64,000 nucleotides of DNA, taken from contig OZ241996.1 of NCBI GenBank assembly GCA_965204535.1, positions 1,216,001 to 1,280,000 of the forward strand. The letters run 5' to 3'. A program made the translations under genes and the position numbers. This document shows positions 27,934 to 37,622 of this stretch, one piece after another. Positions within the stretch are counted from its first letter, which is position 1. The number at the start of each line of letters is the position of its first letter. The notes below the pieces were generated by a model. The model saw nothing but the letters and a program-made list of their open reading frames with translations. It did no database searches and was not told the origin of the DNA. This stretch comes from a bacterium (lineage in GTDB: Bacteria; UBA8248).

Positions 27934-28695
27934 CTACATCGCCAAAGTGCCGCCGTCACACGATATGAAGGCGCCGTTCATGAAATCATTCTCGTCCGAG
28001 GCCATGAAGAGCGAGACCTCCGCCATCTCCTCGGGAGTCGCAAAGCGGTTCACGGGTATCCGGGGCAGTTTCGCTCTGGCGCGCTCCGGGTCGTTGACGT
28101 GAATCTCTTTCACGCGTTCGCTCTCGGTGGTGCCCGGCATGAGGCAGTTGACGCGCAGCCCCAGAGGGCCGAGTTCCACGGCCAGGGCGCGCGTCAGGTT
28201 GTGCATGGAGGTCTTCGTGGCGCAATAGAGGGCGTTGCCGGGGACTCCGCGTTCGCCGTCGATGGAGCCGATCATCAGTATCTTTCCCTTGCCCTGGGGC
28301 GCCATGAGCCTGGCCGCCTCGCGCGTGGCGATGAACACGGATTTCGCATTCACCTCATACAACTCGTCGATCTGCTCGTCTGTGAACTCCAAAAAACTCT
28401 TGTGCGCCCGCATGGCGGCGCAGTTCACCATGATGTCGAGACCGCCGAGGAACTGCGCGCCGTCACTCATCACGTCGTTCGCTTTGCGCGCATCCCTCAG
28501 GTCGTAGCATCGTCCATCGATTTTAACGCCTCCCGCGCTGCAATCGGCGATGATTCCGTCGAGGCGCGCCTGGTTGAAACCGCCCGCCGCCCAGATGGAT
28601 GCGCCCTCCGCGCTGAATCTGCGTGTGATGGCCGCGCCGATGCCCGATGAGGCGCCCGTGACGATGACTCTTTTTCCTTCCAGCTTGCCCGGCAT
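27934..28695 (-). CDS. Short-chain dehydrogenase/reductase
   Basis: TGASSGIG, NCAA, YCATK, DGG. Confidence 0.92.
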   Translation of the reverse strand: MPGKLEGKRVIVTGASSGIGAAITRRFSAEGASIWAAGGFNQARLDGIIADCSAGGVKIDGRCYDLRDARKANDVMSDGAQFLGGLDIMVNCAAMRAHKSFLEFTDEQIDELYEVNAKSVFIATREAARLMAPQGKGKILMIGSIDGERGVPGNALYCATKTSMHNLTRALAVELGPLGLRVNCLMPGTTESERVKEIHVNDPERARAKLPRIPVNRFATPEEMAEVSLFMASDENDFMNGAFISCDGGTLAM

Positions 28696-28719
28696 ATCTC
28701 GCTCCTTGACGTGAAAAAA

Positions 28720-29604
28720 CTATTCTTCATCCGGCAGAAGCGCGGATTCTCCCATCGAAAGCGGGTCGCGCGCCGGCCAGCGCCCGGCATCCACCTCGGT
28801 GATGAACTCGAGAACGACCCGGTTAAACATGGCGGGTTCTTCGAGGTTGATGAGATGGCCGGCGTTGGGGAAGGTGACGAGGGCAGCCGTCTGGAGGTTG
28901 CGCTTGATGAACAGCCCGGGTTCCAGACATGGGAAGTCTTCATCTCCCGTGAGAACGAGCGTGGGAACGGAGCAGTTCTTCATCTGCTCTCCGAGTTCGT
29001 AGACTGAGGGTCTTACGCTTTGCACCCCGCGCATCGTGTTGGCGCAGCCCAGAGGGGAATGGCTCATGAAATGGTCGATGAATTTCTGATAGCCGATGGC
29101 GTCTTTTCGTTTGAGTTGCATTCTTGTGGGACCGGCGGTGTAGACCGGGCCGAACTTTTCCATGCTCTCGTTCAGGAACCGGTCGGCCACGGCTTCAGCG
29201 TCTTTTTGGAATCGTTCGCGCTGGTCCATGTCGGAGCCGTAACCGCAGCCTGCCACAACGATGGAGCGGGTAAGTTCCGGATGGCGGAGGCCCAGGTGAA
29301 GGGTTGCATAGCCGCCCATCGAAAGTCCCACGACGTGGGCGGGTGCGAGGCCCATATCCCTGATGAGGCCGGCCAGATCGTTTACGGCGATGTCCTGGCT
29401 GTATTGTGATGCGTCTTCGGGCACCTCGGAGGGCGGGAATCCTCTCGCGTTGTAGGTGATGACCCTGTATCTGCGGTTGAAATAGCGAACCTGATCCTCC
29501 CAACTGCGGCAGTCGCCCGCGAATTCATGAACGAAGACGATGGGCGCGCCCTCGCCGCTGGTTTCGTAATACAGACTGACGCCGTTTGTTCTCACTTCGG
29601 GCAT
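28720..29604 (-). CDS. Alpha/beta hydrolase (enol-lactonase-like)
   Basis: HEFAGD, NARG..PS, GLSMGG, GDED, GHLINLEEP. Confidence 0.88.
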   Translation of the reverse strand: MPEVRTNGVSLYYETSGEGAPIVFVHEFAGDCRSWEDQVRYFNRRYRVITYNARGFPPSEVPEDASQYSQDIAVNDLAGLIRDMGLAPAHVVGLSMGGYATLHLGLRHPELTRSIVVAGCGYGSDMDQRERFQKDAEAVADRFLNESMEKFGPVYTAGPTRMQLKRKDAIGYQKFIDHFMSHSPLGCANTMRGVQSVRPSVYELGEQMKNCSVPTLVLTGDEDFPCLEPGLFIKRNLQTAALVTFPNAGHLINLEEPAMFNRVVLEFITEVDAGRWPARDPLSMGESALLPDEE

Positions 29605-29910
29605 GGTGTTCTCCTCGCAGGATGACGTGTGGTTATGAAATTCGTTTCTTACGGGAGAATCGGCGAAATGACAACGCGGAAGGGCGAATTCTCACTCATT
29701 TTCAGGCGTCGCGTCCTTATGGAGGGCGTTGTTGAAGATTTGGTAAAGGTTCGTCGTCAGTGAGGTTGATTTCTTTTTGGAGGGCTTGATTTCTGCGTCG
29801 GTCTGGCCCATGATAACCACGATTCACCACAGTGTTCGAGTTTGACAAAAAATTGACTTGGCACATCGCCCAATCACATCAAAATTGAAACTTCGGGATT
29901 CCCTGAAAGA

Positions 29911-31341
29911 TTGTTCAAGAATGGGAGAAAGAACTTGTCTACGGCGCCGGAGAAGCCAAGGCTCGCGATTCACAGAAAATCTGAAAGGAAGTTGCAGTGG
30001 GAGACAATCTTCGTCATCGGGATGATTCACCTGCTCGCCCTGATGGCTTTCGACCTGGATTATTTCAGCGTTTCCGGTCTCGTCGTGGGAATCGTGATGT
30101 ATTTCGTCGCCGGTATGGTGGGCGTAACGATGTCCTACCACAGACTCCTGACGCACAGGAGTTTCCAGACGTATAAGCCGGTGGAGTATTTCCTGACTTT
30201 CTGCGCCTGTCAGGCGCTTCAGAGCGGCCCAATCGAGTGGGTGGCGATGCACCGCATTCACCACAAGGAATCGGACGAGGAGCCGGATCCGCATTCCCCG
30301 CTCGTGAATTTCCTGTGGGCGCACGCCGGATGGCTTTTCGTCAGCCTGCCGGACGCGCACACCTACAATGAGTATTCGCGCTTCGCCAAGGATTTACACC
30401 GCGACAAGTGGCAGCGATTTTTCGACATGTTCTTTTTCCCCATCTATGTCTTGACCGCGGTGGCCATTTACTTCGCCGGGGAGGTGTACGGCGGCCTGGG
30501 CATGTCCTGGCTCGTCTGGGGCGTATTCGTGCGAACGGTCGTTTTGTGGCACTGCACCTGGGCGGTGAATTCGGTGACGCACACCTTCGGCTACCGCAAC
30601 TACAATACGGATGAGGAGAGCACCAACAACTGGCTCGTCGCAATTTTCTCTTTCGGCGAGGGCTGGCACAACAACCACCATGCGGACCAGCGCTCGGCCG
30701 CTCACGGCCAGCGATGGTTCGAGGTGGACATCACCTACCGGCTTATCAAGATCATGGAACTCTTTGGCCTTGTCTGGGGGGTGAGAGAGCCGAGTCAGCG
30801 CATCGTGGCGAAAAGACTCGACATCATGGTGGATGAAGAGGGCTTGCGCGCCTCCGAGGCGAGAAGGTTGGATACAGAGGACGCCCGCGCCGAAGTACTC
30901 CACACGATGACCGACCCCACGATGCCGCTGGAAGTCCCCCGTATGCCCTCGCTGACCGAAGCAAGCGAGGCGGCGATGAAATCGGCCCGAAAGGCCATGG
31001 AGTCGGTCAACACGGCGCTCGCGCACGCCTCTCACGCGCTTCGACACAAAGAGGATAATGCCGACCAGGCCGTTCGCCAGGTGCTGGAAAAGGGCAAGGA
31101 TACGGCGATGGCGGCCATCGAGCAGGCCAAGTACGCCGCGGCGGAAGCCGCGGAGTTCTCCGCACAGGCGAGCGCTTTTCTGGCGGATGCGAAAGACAAG
31201 GCTACGGAATCCGCCCATCAGGCGGCTGAAAGAGCGAAGTCGCTCGCACAGGAAGCAAGCGATGCGGCTTCGAAAGCCGCCGATGAAATTGCAGCCGCGT
31301 TCAAGGGAATCGACAGGCCGGTCATCACTTCCGCGATCTAA
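29911..31341 (+). CDS. Delta-9 acyl-lipid/acyl-CoA desaturase with long Ala-rich helical C-terminal extension
   Basis: His boxes HRLLTH, HRIHH, GEGWHNNHH; DPHSP; start could be TTG 29935. Confidence 0.9.
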   Translation: MFKNGRKNLSTAPEKPRLAIHRKSERKLQWETIFVIGMIHLLALMAFDLDYFSVSGLVVGIVMYFVAGMVGVTMSYHRLLTHRSFQTYKPVEYFLTFCACQALQSGPIEWVAMHRIHHKESDEEPDPHSPLVNFLWAHAGWLFVSLPDAHTYNEYSRFAKDLHRDKWQRFFDMFFFPIYVLTAVAIYFAGEVYGGLGMSWLVWGVFVRTVVLWHCTWAVNSVTHTFGYRNYNTDEESTNNWLVAIFSFGEGWHNNHHADQRSAAHGQRWFEVDITYRLIKIMELFGLVWGVREPSQRIVAKRLDIMVDEEGLRASEARRLDTEDARAEVLHTMTDPTMPLEVPRMPSLTEASEAAMKSARKAMESVNTALAHASHALRHKEDNADQAVRQVLEKGKDTAMAAIEQAKYAAAEAAEFSAQASAFLADAKDKATESAHQAAERAKSLAQEASDAASKAADEIAAAFKGIDRPVITSAI

Positions 31342-31357
31342 AAACGAATTCTAACAA

Positions 31358-31386
31358 AGCCGGGGCGCATTGCTCCGGCTGTTTTG
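31358..31386 (+). terminator. Intrinsic terminator after the desaturase
   Basis: AGCCGGGGC-GCATT-GCTCCGGCT followed by GTTTT. Confidence 0.65.
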
Positions 31387-31520
31387 CGTCTTTCGGGCCT
31401 TTGGTGAGGAGCAAAATGCTCCCGCCGGAGTTCGGGTGCTGTTCTCGCGGGATTTTCGAGGGGTTGGGCGAGAGAGGAATCGGGTGCCCTTGGAATTTGC
31501 GGCCCGATGCCCGGAGCGCC

Positions 31521-31549
31521 TTGACGCTCCCGCTCCCGGCTCCTAGATT
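31521..31549 (+). promoter_or_regulatory. Sigma70 promoter of ilvC
   Basis: TTGACG-N17-TAGATT. Confidence 0.6.
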
Positions 31550-31671
31550 ATGGTTTCTTTTTCGGCGGGGTTTCCTTCGAGTAGCCGAATTTTTTCAATA
31601 GGTGGGTTTTTTCGACCCATGTGAATCGTTTTTTGGGTGGCGCGGCGAGGGCTGCGAATCCTGGAGGGCCA

Positions 31672-32715
31672 ATGGCCATGAGTGAAGTGAATGAAGAACA
31701 ATTATTAAAAGACCTGAAAATTTACTATGACGCCGATGCGGACCTGAATCTGCTGCAGAACAGAAAAATCGCCGTCATCGGCTACGGAAGCCAGGGGCGC
31801 GCTCATGCGCTGAATGCGCAGGACAGCGGCGCGGACGTCGTCGTGGGTCTCAGGAAATCCTCCCCGCGCTGGAAACAGGCGGAAGACGACGGCCTCGAGG
31901 TGATGGAGACGGCCGAGGCGGCCCAGGCGGGCGACATGGTGGTCATCCTGACGCAGGATCATCTTCAGCCCGCCATCTGGAATGCGGATATCGAACCCAA
32001 CATGAAAGACGGCGACGCTCTGGTGGTTGCGCATGGCTTCAACCTGAATTATGGGCAAATCATTCCCCCCGAGAACATCGACGTCGTGATGATCGCGCCC
32101 AAAAGCCCGGGTCATACAATGCGGTTCCAATACGAGGATGGACGCGGCGTGCCGGGTCTGGTGGCCGTTTTCCAGAACGCCACGGGCAAGGCGAAGGAGT
32201 ACGCCCTGGCTTACGGCAAGGCGGTGGGCTGTGCCCGCGCCGGCATCATCGAGACGACCATCGAGGAGGAGACCGAGACGGACCTCTTCGGCGAGCAGGC
32301 GGTGCTGTGCGGCGGCATCACCGAGTTGATTCGCGTCGCGTTCGAGACGCTCGTGGAGGCCGGCTACCAGCCCGCACTGGCGTATTTCGAGTGTTTGCAT
32401 GAGGTGAAGCTGATTACCGACCTGATTTACCAGGGCGGCATCACCATGATGCGCTATTCGGTTTCCGATACGGCCGAATACGGAGACATCACGCGGGGCA
32501 AGGTCGTGATCGACGATGCGACGCGCGAGCGGATGCGCGGAATCCTGCGCGACATCCAGACCGGCAAATTCGCCAGCGAGTGGATCAATGAGAACATGGT
32601 GAACCGGCCGACGTTCAACACCGTGGTGCGCAAGGAGAAAGAGCACGACATCGAGGTGGTCGGCCGGCGTCTGCGTGCGATGATGCCCTGGATTGAGGAG
32701 CGCGAGGTGAAATAA
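31672..32715 (+). CDS. ilvC: Ketol-acid reductoisomerase
   Basis: [44 protein letters not shown]. Confidence 0.97.
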   Translation: MAMSEVNEEQLLKDLKIYYDADADLNLLQNRKIAVIGYGSQGRAHALNAQDSGADVVVGLRKSSPRWKQAEDDGLEVMETAEAAQAGDMVVILTQDHLQPAIWNADIEPNMKDGDALVVAHGFNLNYGQIIPPENIDVVMIAPKSPGHTMRFQYEDGRGVPGLVAVFQNATGKAKEYALAYGKAVGCARAGIIETTIEEETETDLFGEQAVLCGGITELIRVAFETLVEAGYQPALAYFECLHEVKLITDLIYQGGITMMRYSVSDTAEYGDITRGKVVIDDATRERMRGILRDIQTGKFASEWINENMVNRPTFNTVVRKEKEHDIEVVGRRLRAMMPWIEEREVK

Positions 32716-32737
32716 CAGGGAATTTGGGAGACATCCC

Positions 32738-32776
32738 AACCGGCGGAGTTCGTGCGGCTCCGCCGGTTTTTCTTTG
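32738..32776 (+). terminator. Intrinsic terminator after ilvC
   Basis: AACCGGCGGAGT...GCTCCGCCGGTT followed by TTTTCTTT. Confidence 0.8.
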
Positions 32777-32814
32777 AAAAATGTTGAATTATTTGGGGGT
32801 CATGCACTCCCCGC

Positions 32815-32843
32815 TTGAAAGAAAAGAGAGAGCGTCGTATTCT
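32815..32843 (+). promoter_or_regulatory. Putative sigma70 promoter of the ccm operon
   Basis: TTGAAA-N17-TATTCT, about 35 nt upstream of the ccmE ATG. Confidence 0.55.
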
Positions 32844-32878
32844 TGAAAGACGCTGTTTTCGGCCGCCGAGAGGTAGTG

Positions 32879-33355
32879 ATGAGCGTTCAGAAAATAAAAT
32901 TTCTCATCGCGGGCATGATCATCGTGAGCGCTTTCGCCTATCTGGCCATTTCAGGGTTCCAGAGCGAGAACCTGGTGTATTTCCTGACCGTGGATGAGGT
33001 TTCCCAAAAGGCGCCGACTCTGGGCGGCCGGGGCATCAGGGTACAGGGCAAGATCGTGCCTCGGACGCTTCAGAAAAATCCCGACGCCATGTTGCTCGCC
33101 TTCCATATTCAGGGCGAGAAGGGGACTTTGCCCGTCAGCTACAAGGGGGTTCCCCCCGATTTGCTCGAAAACGGGTTTCCGGTCATCGCCGAGGGAAAAC
33201 TCGACGCCAAGGGAGTCTTGGTGGCGAAGAACTTGATGGTCGCATGCCCCTCGAAGTTCGAAGAGATGAAAGAAGCGGGCGAAAGCATGCCGACGGATCA
33301 CGAGGCCTTGATGAAAGAAGCCGCGAAGCGCAAACAGATGTCAGAGGCCAGATAA
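32879..33355 (+). CDS. ccmE: Cytochrome c maturation heme chaperone CcmE, Cys-type variant (CPSKF)
   Basis: N-terminal TM, YFLTVDE, RVQG.I, V.YKG.PPDL, VIAEG, heme motif ACPSKFE. Confidence 0.88.
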   Translation: MSVQKIKFLIAGMIIVSAFAYLAISGFQSENLVYFLTVDEVSQKAPTLGGRGIRVQGKIVPRTLQKNPDAMLLAFHIQGEKGTLPVSYKGVPPDLLENGFPVIAEGKLDAKGVLVAKNLMVACPSKFEEMKEAGESMPTDHEALMKEAAKRKQMSEAR

Positions 33356-33428
33356 CTCAAGAGCCCGCGAAAACGGACCATGTCCCTCATGTCGTCTTGA
33401 AAATCCGCTCCATCCCGGGAGTTCTCAG

Positions 33429-35393
33429 TTGATCGCCATTCAGTTCGGACACTACAGCTTGCTGGCATCTCTCGTCCTGTCGGTGTTCGGAATAGGGGCC
33501 TGCATCCTCGGCGCGATAAAGCGCAGGGCCGACCTCATCGCGGCAGGTAGAAACGCCGCCGTCGGTGTTTTCTGGCTGGTGAGCGGCGCGAGCGCGTGTC
33601 TCATTTACCTGCTCATGGTGCGCGACTACCGCGTGGAGTACGTGGCCGGGCACGTCAACAACACGCTGAACGGGTTTTACCGCTTCAGCGCGTTCTGGGG
33701 GGGGCAGGAGGGGAGCCTGCTGATGTGGCTCCTGCTCTTGTGCGTGTATGCGTTCGTCGTCATCCTGCAAAACCGCGACAGGAACCTGGAGCTGATGCCC
33801 TACGTGACGGCCACGCTGATGGCCACGGCGCTGTTCTTTCTCATAATTCTCAATTTCGTCACCCCGCCCTTCGACACGCTCCCCACCCCGCCTGCGGACG
33901 GACGCGGCCTGAACCCGCTCCTTCAGGACTGGGGGATGGTGATCCACCCGCCCAACCTGTACCTGGGCTACGTGGGTTTCGCCGTTCCATTCGCCTTTTG
34001 CATCGGCGCTCTGGCGAGCGGAAAGCTCGACACCGACTGGATCACCTCGACGCGCCGCTGGACGCTGTTCGCATGGTTCTTCAACGGGGTCGGCATTCTG
34101 CTGGGCGGCGCATGGGCCTACAAGGAACTGGGCTGGGGCGGATACTGGGCGTGGGACCCGGTGGAGAACGCGAGCCTCATGCCCTGGCTCGTGGGAACCG
34201 CTTTTCTTCACTCGGTGATGATTCAGGAAAAACGCGGGATGCTCAAGGTCTGGAACGTCTCGCTCATCATCATCACATACGCCCTCACGATTTTTGGCAC
34301 TTTCCTCACGAGAAGCGGCATCATCTCGAGCGTGCACGCCTTTGCGAACTCATCGTTCGGCTGGGCGTTTCTGGTCTATCTGCTGGTGGCGCTCGTCATA
34401 TCCTTCAGCCTGATGATCTGGCGTCTGCCCCAGCTTCAAAGCGAGCACGAGATGGAGAGCTTCTTTTCGCGTGAAGCGAGCTTTCTGCTCAACAACGTCG
34501 TGCTCGTCGGCATCACGTTCGCCGTCTTCTGGGGGACGATTTTCCCGGTCGTCTCGGAAGCCGTGAAAGGGGTCAAGGTCACCGTGGGGCCGCCGTTCTT
34601 CAATCAGGTGAACGTGCCGATAGGTCTTTTGCTGATCTTGCTTTGCGGCGCAGGGCCTCTTTTCGCTTGGCGGAGGACATCGCGAAAACAGATGAACAGG
34701 AGTTTCGTCTATCCCTCCGTGGTGGCGTTGGGCGCTCTTCTCGTCCTGGTGCTCTTCGGCGTGCATCACGTCTACGCGGCGCTCGCGTTCGGTCTGAGTG
34801 CGTTCGTAGTGGGAACTATCGTTTTGGAGTATTGGCGGGGGACCTCTTCGCGCGTGCGTCACCAGGGAGAGCGCATCGCCCGGGCCGCGTGGGAGCTCAC
34901 CATGCGCAACAAGAGGCGCTTCGGGGGCTATATCGTTCACCTGGGGATGGCGATATTGTTCGTGGGCGTGGCGGCGTCCTCGGCCTATCAGGAAGTGGGC
35001 GAGGTGCGCCTTCGCCTGGGCGAGAGTTTCGCGTTAAACGGCGTGCGGATGCGCTATGAAGGGATTCGCGAGAGCGCGACGCCGCAATACCGCTCCGCCT
35101 TCGCGCGCCTGGGGGTCTACCGGGCGGGATATCGCATCGGAGAGGTGGAACCGGAAAAAAGGCTCTATTTCACGCCGCCGCAGCCGACGACGGAACCCGG
35201 TATCCGCCGGGGGGCGCGTTCGGATATTTACGCCGTTTTCGCCGAGGCGGACCCGGACGGTACCGCCACGTTCAAGTTCATGGTGAACCCGCTGGTGAAC
35301 TGGGTATGGGCGGGAGGCGTCGTCTTTACGCTCGGTTCCATCGTCTGCTTCTTGCCTGAGCGCTGGGGCAGGCGAAGAAAAAAGCAGGCTTAA
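33429..35393 (+). CDS. ccmF: Cytochrome c heme lyase CcmF
   Basis: WGGQEGS, GLNPLLQ, IHPP, WWD domain WGGYWAWDPVEN, TRSG..SVHAF. Confidence 0.95.
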   Translation: MIAIQFGHYSLLASLVLSVFGIGACILGAIKRRADLIAAGRNAAVGVFWLVSGASACLIYLLMVRDYRVEYVAGHVNNTLNGFYRFSAFWGGQEGSLLMWLLLLCVYAFVVILQNRDRNLELMPYVTATLMATALFFLIILNFVTPPFDTLPTPPADGRGLNPLLQDWGMVIHPPNLYLGYVGFAVPFAFCIGALASGKLDTDWITSTRRWTLFAWFFNGVGILLGGAWAYKELGWGGYWAWDPVENASLMPWLVGTAFLHSVMIQEKRGMLKVWNVSLIIITYALTIFGTFLTRSGIISSVHAFANSSFGWAFLVYLLVALVISFSLMIWRLPQLQSEHEMESFFSREASFLLNNVVLVGITFAVFWGTIFPVVSEAVKGVKVTVGPPFFNQVNVPIGLLLILLCGAGPLFAWRRTSRKQMNRSFVYPSVVALGALLVLVLFGVHHVYAALAFGLSAFVVGTIVLEYWRGTSSRVRHQGERIARAAWELTMRNKRRFGGYIVHLGMAILFVGVAASSAYQEVGEVRLRLGESFALNGVRMRYEGIRESATPQYRSAFARLGVYRAGYRIGEVEPEKRLYFTPPQPTTEPGIRRGARSDIYAVFAEADPDGTATFKFMVNPLVNWVWAGGVVFTLGSIVCFLPERWGRRRKKQA

Positions 35394-35396
35394 AGC

Positions 35397-36005
35397 ATGG
35401 AGATTCTCGGCGTTATCATCGCTTGCGGGGCGGTCGGCGCGGCTTTTTTCTACACCCTTTGGCCCATCATGCGCCCTCAGACGGCCGAGGGCGTCTTGCC
35501 GGATGAAGAAAGTGCGCAGCCGCTTTCGAACCGCGAGTTGGCGCGGCTGTTGATGGAACGCGAGCAGGCCTACAAGAACATCATGGATATCGAGTTCGAC
35601 AAGGAAATGGGCAAGCTCTCGGATGAAGACTACGCCCAGATGATGACGCCCGCCCGCGCCCATGCGGTAGATGTTCTCAGGCGTTTAGACGCCCGGGGAG
35701 TGAAGGAGGGGATGGCGCCCCTGCAGATGAACGAGCGCGAGGCGGCGCAGACGGCGGCCCGGCTCGAAACAAAACGCCCGCCTTCCGAGATAGTCGCGGC
35801 TCAGAAACCGCCCTCGCTGGATGAGCGTCTGGAAGCGGAAATCCTGCGCTACAGGAAAAGTGCGAGCGAATCGCAAGATGAATCTGCCGATTCGTCATCG
35901 GGTGAACAAGAGAAAAGTATGAAACCCCGGTTTTGCGCTTCTTGCGGAAACGCCGTGGATGAAGCGGACAATTTCTGCGCCGCCTGTGGGCGCCGGCTAA
36001 CTTGA
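35397..36005 (+). CDS. Ccm-associated membrane protein: CcmI-N-like helix plus C-terminal zinc ribbon
   Basis: N-terminal TM; YKNIMDIEFDKEMGKLSDEDY; FCASCG...FCAACG. Confidence 0.7.
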   Translation: MEILGVIIACGAVGAAFFYTLWPIMRPQTAEGVLPDEESAQPLSNRELARLLMEREQAYKNIMDIEFDKEMGKLSDEDYAQMMTPARAHAVDVLRRLDARGVKEGMAPLQMNEREAAQTAARLETKRPPSEIVAAQKPPSLDERLEAEILRYRKSASESQDESADSSSGEQEKSMKPRFCASCGNAVDEADNFCAACGRRLT

Positions 36006-36904
36006 AACGCATCAGGCCCGCTCGACCCCTTGTATTTCTATGCCTGTTTCTTGTCTGCTCCTCACCCGTCCTTTCATACGCAGGGCTGGCGAAGCTCCAG
36101 GCTGCGCCGCCCAAGGCGAAGGTTCAAACCTCCGGCCCCACGACGACGGACCTCTCCCGACTCAGGCTCAAGCGCAACATCCTCACCATCCGGCTGGAGA
36201 AGGGTTTTTTCGAATTCGTGGAGATGATGGATTTCGAGAACGAGGGCAGCGCCACCATCGTCTCGAAAGACGGCGCTCCCACGCTGCGCTTCGTTCTGCC
36301 GAAGAGCAGCAACATCAGAAACCCCCGCGCGCGCTGGGGCGCAGCGCCCGCAGGACTCGACCCCAAGTTCCTCACTACGGTGGGGGATGAGATCCGGACG
36401 ACCGAGCCTTTCCCGCCGGGGCGGAAGTTCGTCGTCCTGCTCTATCGCCTGGAGGATGAGTTCGGCGGGATCAGGGTGGAGAAGCCCATCATTTACGACA
36501 CCCCGAGTTTGGCCGTTCTGCCCGAGAAAGACCGCGTGCAGGCGCAGGCTCTTGGCCTTTCCGCACAGCCCGCCGTCAAGTTTCAGAACAGGGAATACAA
36601 CCGTTTCGTGGGAACGGCCAGAGCAGGTACGCTGGTGCGCATCGACGTGCAGGCACCCGATTCGATGGGTGGCCTCGGGGTATTCTACGTCGTGGGAGGC
36701 GTGGTGGTCGTCTTGAGTCTGGGGCTTGGGCTTTACATCCGCAAAAGAAGGAACACGGCTTACTCCGCTCAGGTGGAGCGCGAGGAGATATTGCGCGCCA
36801 TCGCTATACTCGATGACAGGCTCGCGGCGGGAGAAATTTCCGCCGATGAGCACGCCCGCGAGCGCACCCCGCGCTTCGAGCGCCTGAAAGAACTCTCGGA
36901 CTAA
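36002..36904 (+). CDS. Ccm-associated exported/membrane protein of unknown function
   Basis: Signal peptide, beta-rich central region, C-terminal TM then ILRAIAILDDRLAAGEISADEH; overlaps the previous stop. Confidence 0.65.
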   Translation: MKRIRPARPLVFLCLFLVCSSPVLSYAGLAKLQAAPPKAKVQTSGPTTTDLSRLRLKRNILTIRLEKGFFEFVEMMDFENEGSATIVSKDGAPTLRFVLPKSSNIRNPRARWGAAPAGLDPKFLTTVGDEIRTTEPFPPGRKFVVLLYRLEDEFGGIRVEKPIIYDTPSLAVLPEKDRVQAQALGLSAQPAVKFQNREYNRFVGTARAGTLVRIDVQAPDSMGGLGVFYVVGGVVVVLSLGLGLYIRKRRNTAYSAQVEREEILRAIAILDDRLAAGEISADEHARERTPRFERLKELSD

Positions 36905-36917
36905 GAGGGCGGATGCC

Positions 36918-37622
36918 ATGCTGGAGGCTCTTGGGGTATCCAGACGCTACGGATGGAGATGGGCGCTCAGGAATTTGTCCATTGCTGTCTCCCCCGGCGA
37001 AACGCTCGCTCTTCTCGGCAAGAACGGATCGGGCAAGACTACGCTTCTCAAATCTTTTTCAGGTTTGCTCAGGCCGACCGAAGGGGTGGTTCAACTAAGC
37101 GGCGAGCCGCTCTCCCGCGAGGCGAAGAATAGAATCGGCTTGCTCTCGCACGAGCCCATGCTTTACGCGGGCTTGACGATACGTGACAACCTCGGCTACT
37201 TCGCCAAGCTCTTTGGCATGGGAAGCGGAGAAATACCGGCGCGAATTAGGCTTCTGGCGGAGACGCTCGGGATTACGGAGCGTCTCGACGAACCCGTGCG
37301 CGTCTTGAGCCAGGGTCTCAGGCAGCGCGCAGCACTTGCGCGCGCGCTTATACACGACCCCGAGGTCGTATTGCTCGATGAACCTTTCTCCGGTCTCGAC
37401 CCGGATGCCGGCGAACGCCTGGAAAATGTCGTGCGTGCGCTTTGCGAGGGTCGAGAACGAATCGTGGTGTTCACGACGCACGACCTGCCAAAAGCCTTCG
37501 ATATGGCGGGCAAAATCGTCGTTCTGGCCGGGGGCGGGCTGGTCTATGAGGGGAGTGCTGATAATTCAAGCGCAGAAGAAGTGCTAGCTGCGTTCGATGA
37601 ATCCCCCGGAGGCGCGGCATGA
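36918..37622 (+). CDS. ccmA: Heme ABC exporter ATPase CcmA
   Basis: GKNGSGKT, LSQGLRQR, LLDEPF, TTH; ccm context. Confidence 0.88.
   Translation: MLEALGVSRRYGWRWALRNLSIAVSPGETLALLGKNGSGKTTLLKSFSGLLRPTEGVVQLSGEPLSREAKNRIGLLSHEPMLYAGLTIRDNLGYFAKLFGMGSGEIPARIRLLAETLGITERLDEPVRVLSQGLRQRAALARALIHDPEVVLLDEPFSGLDPDAGERLENVVRALCEGRERIVVFTTHDLPKAFDMAGKIVVLAGGGLVYEGSADNSSAEEVLAAFDESPGGAA

Noticed and set aside
29855-29880. TTGGCAC upstream of the desaturase as a sigma54 promoter
   Set aside because: No TTGC -12 element at the required spacing.
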